A stretch of DNA of 35,395 nt. Origin: a virus (Duplodnaviria > Caudoviricetes). A model generated the notes under the pieces. It saw only the letters and a program-made list of their open reading frames with translations. It made no database searches and was not told the origin of the DNA. The stretch lies in IMG/VR virus record IMGVR_UViG_3300009095_000039, positions 1 to 35,395 of that record. One strand, 5' to 3'. Position 1 is the stretch's first letter. Every line of letters starts with the position of its first letter. Shown here in pieces: positions 25,672 to 33,908 of this stretch. The position numbers and the translations under genes were made by a program.

Positions 25672-26925
25672 GTGGCTGAACGCCATTCGTGGGCAGTGCA
25701 GCAGGTCGCCGGGGTCGGGCAACAGACCGTAGAAGATGGTCGCATCACGGTTGCTGCGCTGGCCACCCCGAGCGGGCAGATCACCTCCCGCACGGGGCTG
25801 TTCCCCGCGGCGGCCACGCCCGGCGCGGTGACCGCCACCAGCCCGACCGCGAATGGTTTCGTGCACGTCGCCCCGTTCCGGGCGGTGCTGCAGTCCAGCC
25901 GCGGCGGTGGCGCCTACATCCTGTGCCTGGACGCCATCAAGGACATCAACATCCTGGGCACCGCGCCCGCCGACGCCTCGAATCCGCGGCATGACCTGAT
26001 CGTCGCCCAGCAGTCCGACGCGTATTTCGCCGACGCCAACAGCGACATGGTGGTGCGCCACATCGTCGGCACCCCCGCGGCAACCCCGACCGATCCGACC
26101 GTGACCGGCAGCCCGGACTACATCACGCTCGGCCGGATCGTGGTGCCCGCCAACGCCACCACCATCACCAACGCCGACATCCAGTCGTTCGACGTGGCGC
26201 GCACCGTCGCCGCCGGTGGCATCCTGCCCGTAACCGACGCCACCGCCCGCGCCGGTGTCGCCAGCCCTTACGCCGGACAAGCGGTCTACCGGCTGGACAC
26301 CAAGCGCGTCGAAGTGCACGACGGCACCGACTGGCGGGTGCCGAGCATTCCGGTGGTGGCCGCCACGTCGGAGATCAGCAACCCGATCACCGGCCAGCTG
26401 ATCATGCTGTCGTCGACGAACATCGTGCAACGCTGGACCGGCACGGCATGGGTAGATGCGTTCCCGATCGGCGGCACCACCAACGCCACCCGCCACGAAG
26501 CCCGCTACTACCGGTCGACAAGCCAGACCGCGCAGGGCATCCCCAATGCTGTCGATCAGCGGGTGCACCTGCCCGACGCCGATTACATTTCCGACGACGT
26601 GTCCGTGGCCGCAGTCGGCAACGGCACCGAATTCACCTTGAACCGCTCGGGGCTGTGGCACCTGGCGGCGAGCATCCGCTACGTCAGCTCGGCCTCGGCA
26701 GCGGAACGGGCGCTCGCGATCGGCGGTAGTCCAACAGCGAGCCGCTACGCGCAGGCCGCCAGCGACCAAACTGGCGAGCCGGCGAGCCTGAGCTGTTCGA
26801 CGATTCGCAGGTTCAACGCGGGCGACAAGGTCAGCATGTGGGCGTACCAGAACACCGGCGCCACGCTGAACCTTGACCCGCTGGGCAACGGGCTGAACAT
26901 GTCGCTGACGTGGCTGCGGGGGTGA
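25672..26925 (+). CDS. Minor tail/baseplate protein, possibly receptor-binding
   Basis: APADASNPRHDLIV; beta-rich C-terminal domain. Confidence 0.7.
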   Translation: MAERHSWAVQQVAGVGQQTVEDGRITVAALATPSGQITSRTGLFPAAATPGAVTATSPTANGFVHVAPFRAVLQSSRGGGAYILCLDAIKDINILGTAPADASNPRHDLIVAQQSDAYFADANSDMVVRHIVGTPAATPTDPTVTGSPDYITLGRIVVPANATTITNADIQSFDVARTVAAGGILPVTDATARAGVASPYAGQAVYRLDTKRVEVHDGTDWRVPSIPVVAATSEISNPITGQLIMLSSTNIVQRWTGTAWVDAFPIGGTTNATRHEARYYRSTSQTAQGIPNAVDQRVHLPDADYISDDVSVAAVGNGTEFTLNRSGLWHLAASIRYVSSASAAERALAIGGSPTASRYAQAASDQTGEPASLSCSTIRRFNAGDKVSMWAYQNTGATLNLDPLGNGLNMSLTWLRG

Positions 26926-26929
26926 ATCG

Positions 26930-28057
26930 GTGGCGCTGCCGGTCTACACCTACGCCATCGCCGACCTGCGCACCAACACCCTGTTGGAAGAGATCCCACT
27001 GACGTCGGTGCGGTTCAACAAACCCCTGAACGGTAGCGGCCGGTTCAGTGCCACATGGAAGCTCGACGAGCGATCCGGGCATCTCAACCCGCACGACCTC
27101 ACGATGCCCACCCGCCGCGTGATCTACGCGTTCCGGGACTCCCGCCCGATGTGGGGCGGGGTGATCTGGTCCCGCGCCTATGACTCCGAGCGCGACACGG
27201 TGGAGATCGGCGCGGGCGAGTTCTGGTCCTACTTCGACCACCGCAAGGTCCTGCCGTTGGTGCCCGCCAACCCGACGTTGACGACGGTGGCCGGGCTGTC
27301 CACCACCTACGACAACGTGGACCAAAACGAGATTGCCCGCCAGCTTGTCACCCAAGCGCAGGCGCACACCGGCGGTGACATCAAAATCGAGCTCGACACC
27401 ACCGTGTCGAACACGCTGCGCGACCGCACCTACAACGGGTACGACCTGACCGACGTGGGCGAAGCTTTGCGCAACCTGGCGGGCGTCATCGACGGCCCCG
27501 ACATGGTGTTCGACGTCATCCCCTCCGCCACCGGAGCGCCGCGGCGCATCCTGCGCATCGGCACACCGTGGCTCGGCCAACAGGGCTCGTCGCACGTGTG
27601 GGAGCTCGGCGGCAACGCCATCCGCTACACCTGGCCCACCGACGGCACCCGCATGGCCACCCGCGCCTACGCCACCGGCGAGGGCGTCGACCTCGGCACC
27701 CCGATCGCCGTGCACGAACAGCCCGAACGCTACGACCAGGGGTTCCCGCTGCTGGAAGTCGAGCACAACTACAGCGGCGCCGAAGGTGAGTCGACGTTGG
27801 CTGGCCACGCCGAAGCCGACCAGCAAGCCGCCCGCATGCCGGTCGTGCTGCCGACGATCGAGGTGCGCGGCGACATCCCACCGACCGCCGCCGACATCAA
27901 CCGCGGCGACGACGGCTGGCTAGTCGTGCCCCCAGACCGGTTCCACCGCAACGGTTTCGAAGGCGCGGTGCGCGTGATCGACATGGAGTTCGCGCCGTCC
28001 ATCGACGCCGAGCGCGTCACGCTGACGTTGGCGCCGCTGCTCGACGGTGTGGCCTAG
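26930..28057 (+). CDS. Minor tail protein (hub/Tal-like)
   Basis: YAIADLRT...LNGSG...WGGVIW; position. Confidence 0.75.
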   Translation: MALPVYTYAIADLRTNTLLEEIPLTSVRFNKPLNGSGRFSATWKLDERSGHLNPHDLTMPTRRVIYAFRDSRPMWGGVIWSRAYDSERDTVEIGAGEFWSYFDHRKVLPLVPANPTLTTVAGLSTTYDNVDQNEIARQLVTQAQAHTGGDIKIELDTTVSNTLRDRTYNGYDLTDVGEALRNLAGVIDGPDMVFDVIPSATGAPRRILRIGTPWLGQQGSSHVWELGGNAIRYTWPTDGTRMATRAYATGEGVDLGTPIAVHEQPERYDQGFPLLEVEHNYSGAEGESTLAGHAEADQQAARMPVVLPTIEVRGDIPPTAADINRGDDGWLVVPPDRFHRNGFEGAVRVIDMEFAPSIDAERVTLTLAPLLDGVA

Positions 28058-28066
28058 GAGAGGAAC

Positions 28067-28807
28067 ATGGGGCAGGTCAACCAACCGTCCAACCTGTTGG
28101 ACCGCATCAAGCGCGCCGAACAGCAAATCCAACGGCTCTGGAAATCGGTGGGGTTGGCGTCGGCCACCATCTCCAAAGGTGGGCTGACGCTGCTGCAGGA
28201 CGCGTTTCTGCGGATGGTCGACGACAACGACACCGAGATTCTGTACTTCGGGCCGGGTGCCGACGGCAAACAGTACATGCGCATTCGCCGTGAAGACGGC
28301 AGCATGGTCATGGGCACCGGCCGAACGTCGGGCGGCAAAGACTTTTGGGCGTTGACCGATCGAACCGGGCGCATCCTGGTGTCCGACGATGCCGTGTCCG
28401 GTGTTGGCCTAGCTCGCCCGTGGCTTCCGATACCGCTCTACCCGATGTTCATCTCCGCTGGCGCGGTCGGCGACACCTACCCGTACGCGAACATCGACGC
28501 CGCCAAAATCGCCGCCGAGACTTTGCTGTGGGAAGGCCGCGCCTCGATCTCGCACCCGTGGATCAGCATCGAAGGCGTATGGGGCTCCGCGACCGGATCA
28601 CCGACCACCACATACCGGCTGAAGGTTGGCGAAACGCAAGTCGGGTCGTGGACGGCGACGACTAACGAGGTCTCCCGCAAAGGACCGTTCGACGTGTCCG
28701 CCCAGGTCGGCAATGACTGGTCGCGAGTGCAGCTAACCGCAAGCGCGTCCGGCACCGGCTCATCCGCATGCCAGCCGCTCGGCTGCTACCTGCACCAGAC
28801 CACGTGA
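28067..28807 (+). CDS. Minor tail protein
   Basis: AGGAGAGG SD; N-terminal coiled coil then beta-rich. Confidence 0.65.
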   Translation: MGQVNQPSNLLDRIKRAEQQIQRLWKSVGLASATISKGGLTLLQDAFLRMVDDNDTEILYFGPGADGKQYMRIRREDGSMVMGTGRTSGGKDFWALTDRTGRILVSDDAVSGVGLARPWLPIPLYPMFISAGAVGDTYPYANIDAAKIAAETLLWEGRASISHPWISIEGVWGSATGSPTTTYRLKVGETQVGSWTATTNEVSRKGPFDVSAQVGNDWSRVQLTASASGTGSSACQPLGCYLHQTT

Positions 28808-28818
28808 TCGGGGACGCA

Positions 28819-29175
28819 ATGACCACCGAATCGCCTGCGGACGTCGCACTGCGGTACGTCCGCGACGAGCTGACCACCCTGCGAGCAACGATGCATGACG
28901 AGCTCGCCGCCGTGCGCGCGGACATCTCCGATCTGGCCGCCACGCTCCGCGGCCACATGGCCGAACAAGGACCACGCATTGCCGTGCTCGAACACCGCAT
29001 CGGCGAGACCGAAAAAGACATCGCCGAAGTCAGGCACGCGTGCGAAGCCGATATCGCGGAGATCAAGCAAGCGCGCGAGGCCGACCGGTCGAAGCGGTGG
29101 ACCTTGTGGATGGCCGTAGTGGCATCCGTCCTGTCCTTCATCGGGTCCCTCATCCTGCACTTCATGGGGAGTTGA
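28819..29175 (+). CDS. Coiled-coil protein with C-terminal TM helix (lysis-associated)
   Basis: Heptad pattern followed by WTLWMAVVASVLSFIGSLIL. Confidence 0.7.
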   Translation: MTTESPADVALRYVRDELTTLRATMHDELAAVRADISDLAATLRGHMAEQGPRIAVLEHRIGETEKDIAEVRHACEADIAEIKQAREADRSKRWTLWMAVVASVLSFIGSLILHFMGS

Positions 29176-29179
29176 TCAC

Positions 29180-29944
29180 ATGGCCTGGCGCGTCGCGCGC
29201 AGCCTGGAAACCCTGCGCGCACAGTTCAATGCCGCGTACCCGAACCGCAGCAAGGCCAGCGACGGCGGCATCGGCGACGCCGCGCACGCATCCCGCTCGT
29301 CGGATCACAACCCGTGGCACGTCGTCGACGGCATCGGCGTGGTCACCGCCCGCGACTTCACCCACGACCCGGCCAACGGCATGGACATTGACCGGATCAC
29401 CGACGAGCTCGCCGAGTCCCGCGATCCGCGGATCAAGTACCTGATCGCTAACGGGCTGATCCTCGACAGCCGACCGGGAAACAACCCGTGGAAGTGGATG
29501 CCCTACCGCGGCAGCAACCCGCACCGAAAGCACTTCCACATCAGCGTCAATCCGCACAACTGCGACGACGACCGCCCGTGGAACCTGCCCAGCTTCAACA
29601 CCACCGCACCCGCGCACAACCAGGAGAATGACGTGTCCTACGACGACGCGAAGCGAGCGATTGTCGACGTGCTGTGGCGCGAACGCCACCAGTCCCGCGT
29701 GCCCGGCGCCGAGACGACGCTGAGCATCGCCGACGCCGCGCTGTGGGCCGACGCCTACGGCTACCAGAACCGCGCCCTGCTCGCCGCCCAGGCCGAGACG
29801 ATCCGCACCCTGGCCGCCGCGGTCACCGGCAGCGCCTTCGACGCCGACGAGCTCATCGCCCGCATCCAGGAAACCGTCCGCCGCACCCTCGCCGACGCCA
29901 CCGTCAACGTCGATGTGAACGTGCAGGGGGCCGACCGTGTCTGA
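29180..29944 (+). CDS. Endolysin with LAS/M15-like Zn peptidase domain
   Basis: SDGGIGD, SSDHN...ARD, HRKHFHISV (HxH) motifs; upstream of the holin. Confidence 0.78.
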   Translation: MAWRVARSLETLRAQFNAAYPNRSKASDGGIGDAAHASRSSDHNPWHVVDGIGVVTARDFTHDPANGMDIDRITDELAESRDPRIKYLIANGLILDSRPGNNPWKWMPYRGSNPHRKHFHISVNPHNCDDDRPWNLPSFNTTAPAHNQENDVSYDDAKRAIVDVLWRERHQSRVPGAETTLSIADAALWADAYGYQNRALLAAQAETIRTLAAAVTGSAFDADELIARIQETVRRTLADATVNVDVNVQGADRV

Positions 29945-30209
29945 CCAGCTCACCGCGTGGTTGCGCACCGTCGTCCCGGCCGCCTGGTCCGCGCTCGTCG
30001 CGTACCTGGTCACCGCCGGAGCCCCCGAATGGCTCACCCAGCCACTCGGCGCCGCTGGTGACGTCCTGGTGGTGCCGGTCGTGCTCGGTGCCGTCTACGC
30101 GCTGCTGCGCGCCGTCGAGCCGCACTTGCCCGCGTGGCTGACTCGGCTGCTGCTGGGCTCGACCAAGCCGCCCGTTTACAGGCTGGACTCGCCCCCGGCC
30201 GCCGACTAG
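29937..30209 (+). CDS. Holin
   Basis: 90 aa with two TM segments; overlaps the lysin stop. Confidence 0.75.
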   Translation: MSDQLTAWLRTVVPAAWSALVAYLVTAGAPEWLTQPLGAAGDVLVVPVVLGAVYALLRAVEPHLPAWLTRLLLGSTKPPVYRLDSPPAAD

Positions 30210-30264
30210 CCTTCCCGCTGCCCGGCCACGGCATCATCCCCCTTGACCGTGGCCGGGTCCAAGC

Positions 30265-30312
30265 AATCGCCCCCGCATCCTTCTGGTTCGCCGGTCGGAT
30301 GCGGGGGCGATT
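30265..30312. terminator. Hairpin between the convergent late operon and right-arm operon
   Basis: AATCGCCCCCGCATCC...GGATGCGGGGGCGATT 16-bp stem; second stem CCCGGCCACGG...CCGTGGCCGGG at 30221-30257. Confidence 0.72.
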
Positions 30313-30326
30313 TCGGTATTTCCGGG

Positions 30327-30563
30327 CTACACGGGCGGGGCGAGGCCGGGCAGGTAGCCCTTGCCTTTGCACTGTGGGCAGGTCCGCCACTCGGCCATGG
30401 TCATGCCGGTCTGCAGGTCCTCGGTGGCCTGCACGACGTAGAGCCGTGGTTCGCTGATCTTGCGAAGTCCGCCGCAGGTAAAGCACATTGCGTTCGGCCC
30501 GTGGTTGGCGGCGCTGTAGTCGTCGCCCTCATCCTGGTTCTGGTCTTGGTCGTCGTCCGCCAT
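30327..30563 (-). CDS. Zinc-finger miniprotein A (78 aa, acidic N-terminus, ends PPV)
   Basis: CFTCGG...CPQCKGKG; GAGG SD. Confidence 0.75.
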   Translation of the reverse strand: MADDDQDQNQDEGDDYSAANHGPNAMCFTCGGLRKISEPRLYVVQATEDLQTGMTMAEWRTCPQCKGKGYLPGLAPPV

Positions 30564-30576
30564 GTCGTCTACCTCA

Positions 30577-30759
30577 TCACGCGGGCGGGCCGTAGCCACG
30601 CTGGCGGCCCGGTGTTTCGCGGCAGTGCGGGCACCGGGCGAGCGCCATCATGGTGGACACCTTGCCCGTCTGCATCGACATGAACTGGCGCGGCACCTGC
30701 ACCTTGCCGGTGCCTTTGCAGCCTCGGCAGGTTGACCAATCGTCGCTGCGGTCCGGCAT
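30577..30759 (-). CDS. Zinc-finger miniprotein B (60 aa, ends PPA)
   Basis: CRGCKGTG...CPHC; GGAGG SD. Confidence 0.75.
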   Translation of the reverse strand: MPDRSDDWSTCRGCKGTGKVQVPRQFMSMQTGKVSTMMALARCPHCRETPGRQRGYGPPA

Positions 30760-30769
30760 CGTTACCTCC

Positions 30770-30916
30770 CTACGCGGGCGGACTCTCCAGCTGACCAGAG
30801 CCGTCGCACGTGTTGCAGTCGACTTGGTCGACCTCCTCGCCTTCGCCCTTGTGGCGGGACTGGCGGCGCACTTCGACCGTCCCTTTGCCGTTGCAGGTCG
30901 GGCAGGTCCACAACAT
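30770..30916 (-). CDS. Zinc-finger miniprotein C (48 aa, ends PPA; not in ORF track)
   Basis: MLWTCPTCNGKGTVEVRRQSRHKGEGEEVDQVDCNTCDGSGQLESPPA; GGAAGGA SD. Confidence 0.75.
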   Translation of the reverse strand: MLWTCPTCNGKGTVEVRRQSRHKGEGEEVDQVDCNTCDGSGQLESPPA

Positions 30917-30946
30917 GGTAACGATCCTTCCACTGTCGGTGACCAT

Positions 30947-30992
30947 ACGGAAGCCGCCGACCTGGCCGCGCTGGCAGGTCGGCGGCTACCGT
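30947..30992. terminator. Hairpin upstream of the miniprotein array
   Basis: AGCCGCCGACCTG...CAGGTCGGCGGCT, extended by ACGG/CCGT. Confidence 0.6.
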
Positions 30993-31059
30993 GTTGGCGG
31001 GTGGCTCTGCTAGTTGCCCGCCGCGTCGGCCAGGAGCGGCAATCTCCTGGTCGACGCAC

Positions 31060-31134
31060 CTATCCGCATTTCGGGCAGACCGGCGGCCCGCCGCCTTGTG
31101 GCGGGATCATCGGCCCGCCGCAGTTCGGACACAT
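31060..31134 (-). CDS. 24-aa CxxC...CxxC micropeptide (not in ORF track)
   Basis: MCPNCGGPMIPPQGGGPPVCPKCG*; AGGAG 11 nt upstream, just after the previous stop. Confidence 0.55.
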   Translation of the reverse strand: MCPNCGGPMIPPQGGGPPVCPKCG

Positions 31135-31152
31135 CGGGTGCTCTACTCCTGT

Positions 31153-31542
31153 TCATTCGTGCACCTCCGTGCAGTCGTCGGTCGTGACCGCCTCGACCCA
31201 GAGGTGCAAGCGGTCGTGTTCGCGGGGGAAATCGCAGTACAGGGAGTCGCCCCGGGTGAGCACGTTGAGATTGGCGACGAGATCGTGTTGCAGGTGCCCG
31301 TCGTCGCCTACGTGGCCCTCGCCGCCCGCGGGCCCGATCAACCGCACCCGTTCGGGGTGTGCGTGCTCGCGGGTGGTCGCCGCGACCCACTCGGCAGCAG
31401 CTTCGGGATCGCGGAACACCGCGGCTGGCTGTTCGGCAAGCCGGTATTCACGCACGGAATGCCCAACCGCGTCACCGTCCCGAATCTCGACGTAGGCGTG
31501 CCAGTGCACGCCTCTGAACTTCCATTGGTCCGGGTCTCGCAT
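31153..31542 (-). CDS. Hypothetical protein (129 aa)
   Basis: GGGAG SD; HWHAY...EAAAEWV...LTRGDS. Confidence 0.75.
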   Translation of the reverse strand: MRDPDQWKFRGVHWHAYVEIRDGDAVGHSVREYRLAEQPAAVFRDPEAAAEWVAATTREHAHPERVRLIGPAGGEGHVGDDGHLQHDLVANLNVLTRGDSLYCDFPREHDRLHLWVEAVTTDDCTEVHE

Positions 31543-31727
31543 GCTGCTACTCCCTGATCTGGTCGGGTATCACCCCCTTTGCCGGAGGCTGGTGCGATCG
31601 GTCGGCGCGCTATCGGGGCACGCGTCGACCGGGTTTTGGAACCGGCCGGCCGATGCGTCGGGGGCTACGCACCGACCGGCCGAACGACCCGATGCCGAAG
31701 TTCGGGGGCAGCGACATCGAGTCGGGT

Positions 31728-32066
31728 CTAGATCTGCTCCAGCCCAGCGAGGACTCGCCGCAGGGCGCCGGGGTGGCGGGCGAACTGCGCCGGGCTGGTC
31801 GGCAGACCGGTTTCGGCCAGTGGCAGAAGCCGGGTTTGTTCGGTGGCGAGCTCATCGCCGTCGGCAAGGTCGCCGCGGATCGTGACCTGCCGAAGGCGAT
31901 GCCGACCGCCGCTGGTCTCGGATTCGACCCGTTCGATGAGCTGCCACACCGTCAACGCCCCAGGCCCGGCCCCGGCATGTTGCGCCTGCGGCAGGTAGTA
32001 CGGCGACAGCAACAACGCCCCCAGACTGATTGCAAGAACGACACCCGCCACCCATGCCGCGATCAC
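31728..32066 (-). CDS. Hypothetical protein with N-terminal TM helix
   Basis: GGAGG SD, GTGA overlap; IAAWVAGVVLAISLGALLL. Confidence 0.65.
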   Translation of the reverse strand: MIAAWVAGVVLAISLGALLLSPYYLPQAQHAGAGPGALTVWQLIERVESETSGGRHRLRQVTIRGDLADGDELATEQTRLLPLAETGLPTSPAQFARHPGALRRVLAGLEQI

Positions 32067-32278
32067 CGCTGCACCTCCGATAGGTCGATCACCAGCGGCA
32101 CCGGCGCCGTGCCTTCGCCGCGCAGGGCAGCGGCCACTGTCGCGAGCTGCTCGCCGAGCTGCCGGATCTCGTCGCCGCTCCACATGCCGCGCTCGACGTC
32201 GTCGGCGGCGTAGCCGAGCATCAGCACGGTTGCGCGGATCATGCGCGCGATGTGGGCGTGCTCAGCGCTCACGCTCAT
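32063..32278 (-). CDS. Hypothetical helical protein
   Basis: ATGA/GTGA overlaps at both ends. Confidence 0.65.
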   Translation of the reverse strand: MSVSAEHAHIARMIRATVLMLGYAADDVERGMWSGDEIRQLGEQLATVAAALRGEGTAPVPLVIDLSEVQR

Positions 32279-32534
32279 CGCGCACCCGCCACCGGCGGCA
32301 TGGGGCAGCGGGCGAGCTTGTGAGCCTGCGCGTTGCAGTCGGGGCAGGTTTCCCACAGCCACGCGAGCTCGGTGTTATCCGCGATCAGCTGATGACCGCA
32401 GAGCGTCTGAACGCACATGCCAGTCGGGTAGCCGCCGGTTGGCTTCGTGTCGATGCTCGCGTGCCGCGCGCCGTCGGCAGGGACCCATGAGCGTCGGCAG
32501 GGACCCATGAGAACGGAAGCGGGCGGTACGGCAT
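32275..32534 (-). pseudogene. Zinc-finger protein disrupted by a 20-bp tandem duplication
   Basis: GGGAGG SD and MPYRPLPFSWVPAD; removing one repeat copy restores ...GARHA...TLCGH...TCPDC (79 aa). Confidence 0.75.
32472..32511. repeat. Perfect 2 x 20-bp tandem repeat
   Basis: CGTCGGCAGGGACCCATGAG at 32472-32491 and 32492-32511. Confidence 0.95.
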
Positions 32535-32577
32535 GGTGTCCTCCCGAAGCGATAGGGTGGCCCGCGACTGGAACCGC

Positions 32578-32625
32578 GGTGCCAACTGGCACCAATAAGG
32601 ATGTTCCACCGGTGCCAGTTGGCAC
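32578..32625. promoter_or_regulatory. Paired palindromic operator-like sites in the divergent promoter region
   Basis: GGTGCCA-AC-TGGCACC (32578-32593) and its inverted copy GGTGCCAGTTGGCAC (32611-32625). Confidence 0.7.
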
Positions 32626-32680
32626 AATGCACTGTTCAGGCGAACTCATCGCTACCCACGGTGCGGTTATCCTGTGGCAC

Positions 32681-33553
32681 ATGGCTGGCACCACACCCAA
32701 AGCAGTGGCGATCGGCTCCGAGCTCCGGCGTGCTCGCGAGGACGCTGGACTCAGCGCGCGTCAGCTTGCGGACAAGCTGGGCCTGTCCCACACGACCATC
32801 GGTCGTTGGGAGAAGGGCGAACGCTCACCACGGCCGGTTGACGTCGCTACCGTGCTCTCGGCCCTTGGCGCAGACAACGCGCTCCGTGAGGAGCTTGTAG
32901 AGCTGGCCCGCGATACCGACGGCCCACATTGGGTAGCCACCAGTCTGCCCGAGCAGCAACGCCAACTCGCAGCACTGCTGGAGATCGAGCGCGATGCAAC
33001 CGCGATAACCGACGTCTCCGCCATGCTCATCCCTGGGCTGCTACAGACCGGGGACTACGCGCGGGCGATCATGGCCGCTGGCGGCATTCCCGACACCGAT
33101 GTAGAGACCCGCGTCGCGGTTCGCCTCGGCCGACGGGACGCCATCACGCGAACCGATCGACCCGCCCGCCTGGTCGCGTTCGTCGATGAGAGCGCCCTAT
33201 ACCGCATGATCGGCGGCCACCAGGTGATGCGCGAGCAGCTGCGATGGCTGCTCCATGTCGCCAAGTGGCCCACGGTCGACCTGCGAGTAGTGCCAATGGC
33301 CGCGGGCTGGCATCCAGGTCTTGAGGGTGCTTTCGTCATCGTCGAGCGCGGCGGAGATAACGCACCAGTGGTGCAACTGGAAACACGGCGATCAGCCCTG
33401 TTCCTCCACGAAGCTGCCGACATCGCCGCTTGCCAAGAAGCGGCGACGAGGGCAGAAGAAGTTGCGATGAGCCCGGACGCCACATCCAGGCTCATCGCCG
33501 ATGTGATCAACAGAATGGATGCACAACATGACGGTACAGCACGAGCCGGATAA
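32681..33553 (+). CDS. XRE HTH + DUF5753 regulator (WhiJ/Scr1-like)
   Basis: GSELRRAREDAGLS...TIGRWEKGERSP; LIPGLLQTGDYARA, DESAL, VMREQL; TATCCT 7 nt before ATG suggests a leaderless transcript. Confidence 0.92.
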   Translation: MAGTTPKAVAIGSELRRAREDAGLSARQLADKLGLSHTTIGRWEKGERSPRPVDVATVLSALGADNALREELVELARDTDGPHWVATSLPEQQRQLAALLEIERDATAITDVSAMLIPGLLQTGDYARAIMAAGGIPDTDVETRVAVRLGRRDAITRTDRPARLVAFVDESALYRMIGGHQVMREQLRWLLHVAKWPTVDLRVVPMAAGWHPGLEGAFVIVERGGDNAPVVQLETRRSALFLHEAADIAACQEAATRAEEVAMSPDATSRLIADVINRMDAQHDGTARAG

Positions 33554-33728
33554 CTGGCGGAAGTCCAGTCGGTCGCAGAACGGCTCCGCCTGTGTCGAGA
33601 TTGGACGCTTCGGCGACGGCGCTGCGGTGCGCGACACGAAGGACCGCGACGCCGGGTACTTCACCGCCAACCGTGAACAGTGGTCTGCGTTCATCGATGC
33701 GGTGAAGGCCGACAAGTTCGGAGCCTGA
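33528..33728 (+). CDS. DUF397 protein (BldB/Scr2-like)
   Basis: WRKSSRS..G.ACVE...AVRDTKD...WSAF. Confidence 0.93.
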   Translation: MTVQHEPDNWRKSSRSQNGSACVEIGRFGDGAAVRDTKDRDAGYFTANREQWSAFIDAVKADKFGA

Positions 33729-33746
33729 CCCGACCCTACGCACAGC

Positions 33747-33789
33747 GAAGCGCCCCCGGCATGCCTGGTGCCGGGGGCGCTTCTCTTTT
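33747..33789 (+). terminator. Intrinsic terminator after DUF397
   Basis: GAAGCGCCCCCGGCA...TGCCGGGGGCGCTTC followed by TCTTTT. Confidence 0.85.
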
Positions 33790-33793
33790 CGCC

Positions 33794-33904
33794 CTACCGT
33801 CGACGCGATCGCTTGGCCAGCAGGCGCGCCGCCCACAGGTAGACCGACATCCCTGCGACCATCACCGCGGCCACCAACCGACCGCGCATGCGCTTGCCTG
33901 CCAT
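33794..33904 (-). CDS. 36-aa single-TM basic peptide (not in ORF track)
   Basis: MAGKRMRGRLVAAVMVAGMSVYLWAARLLAKRSRRR; GGAGG SD. Confidence 0.5.
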   Translation of the reverse strand: MAGKRMRGRLVAAVMVAGMSVYLWAARLLAKRSRRR

Positions 33905-33908
33905 GCGG

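Noticed and set aside
31610-31717. Possible 35-aa basic ORF MSLPPNFGIG
   Set aside because: No clear SD, and it overlaps an inverted repeat (31643-31682), so an RNA structure explains the region equally well
32447-32680. N-terminal extension of the XRE protein in the ORF track
   Set aside because: It runs through the divergent promoter and operators; ATG32681 with a TATCCT -10 fits the family length
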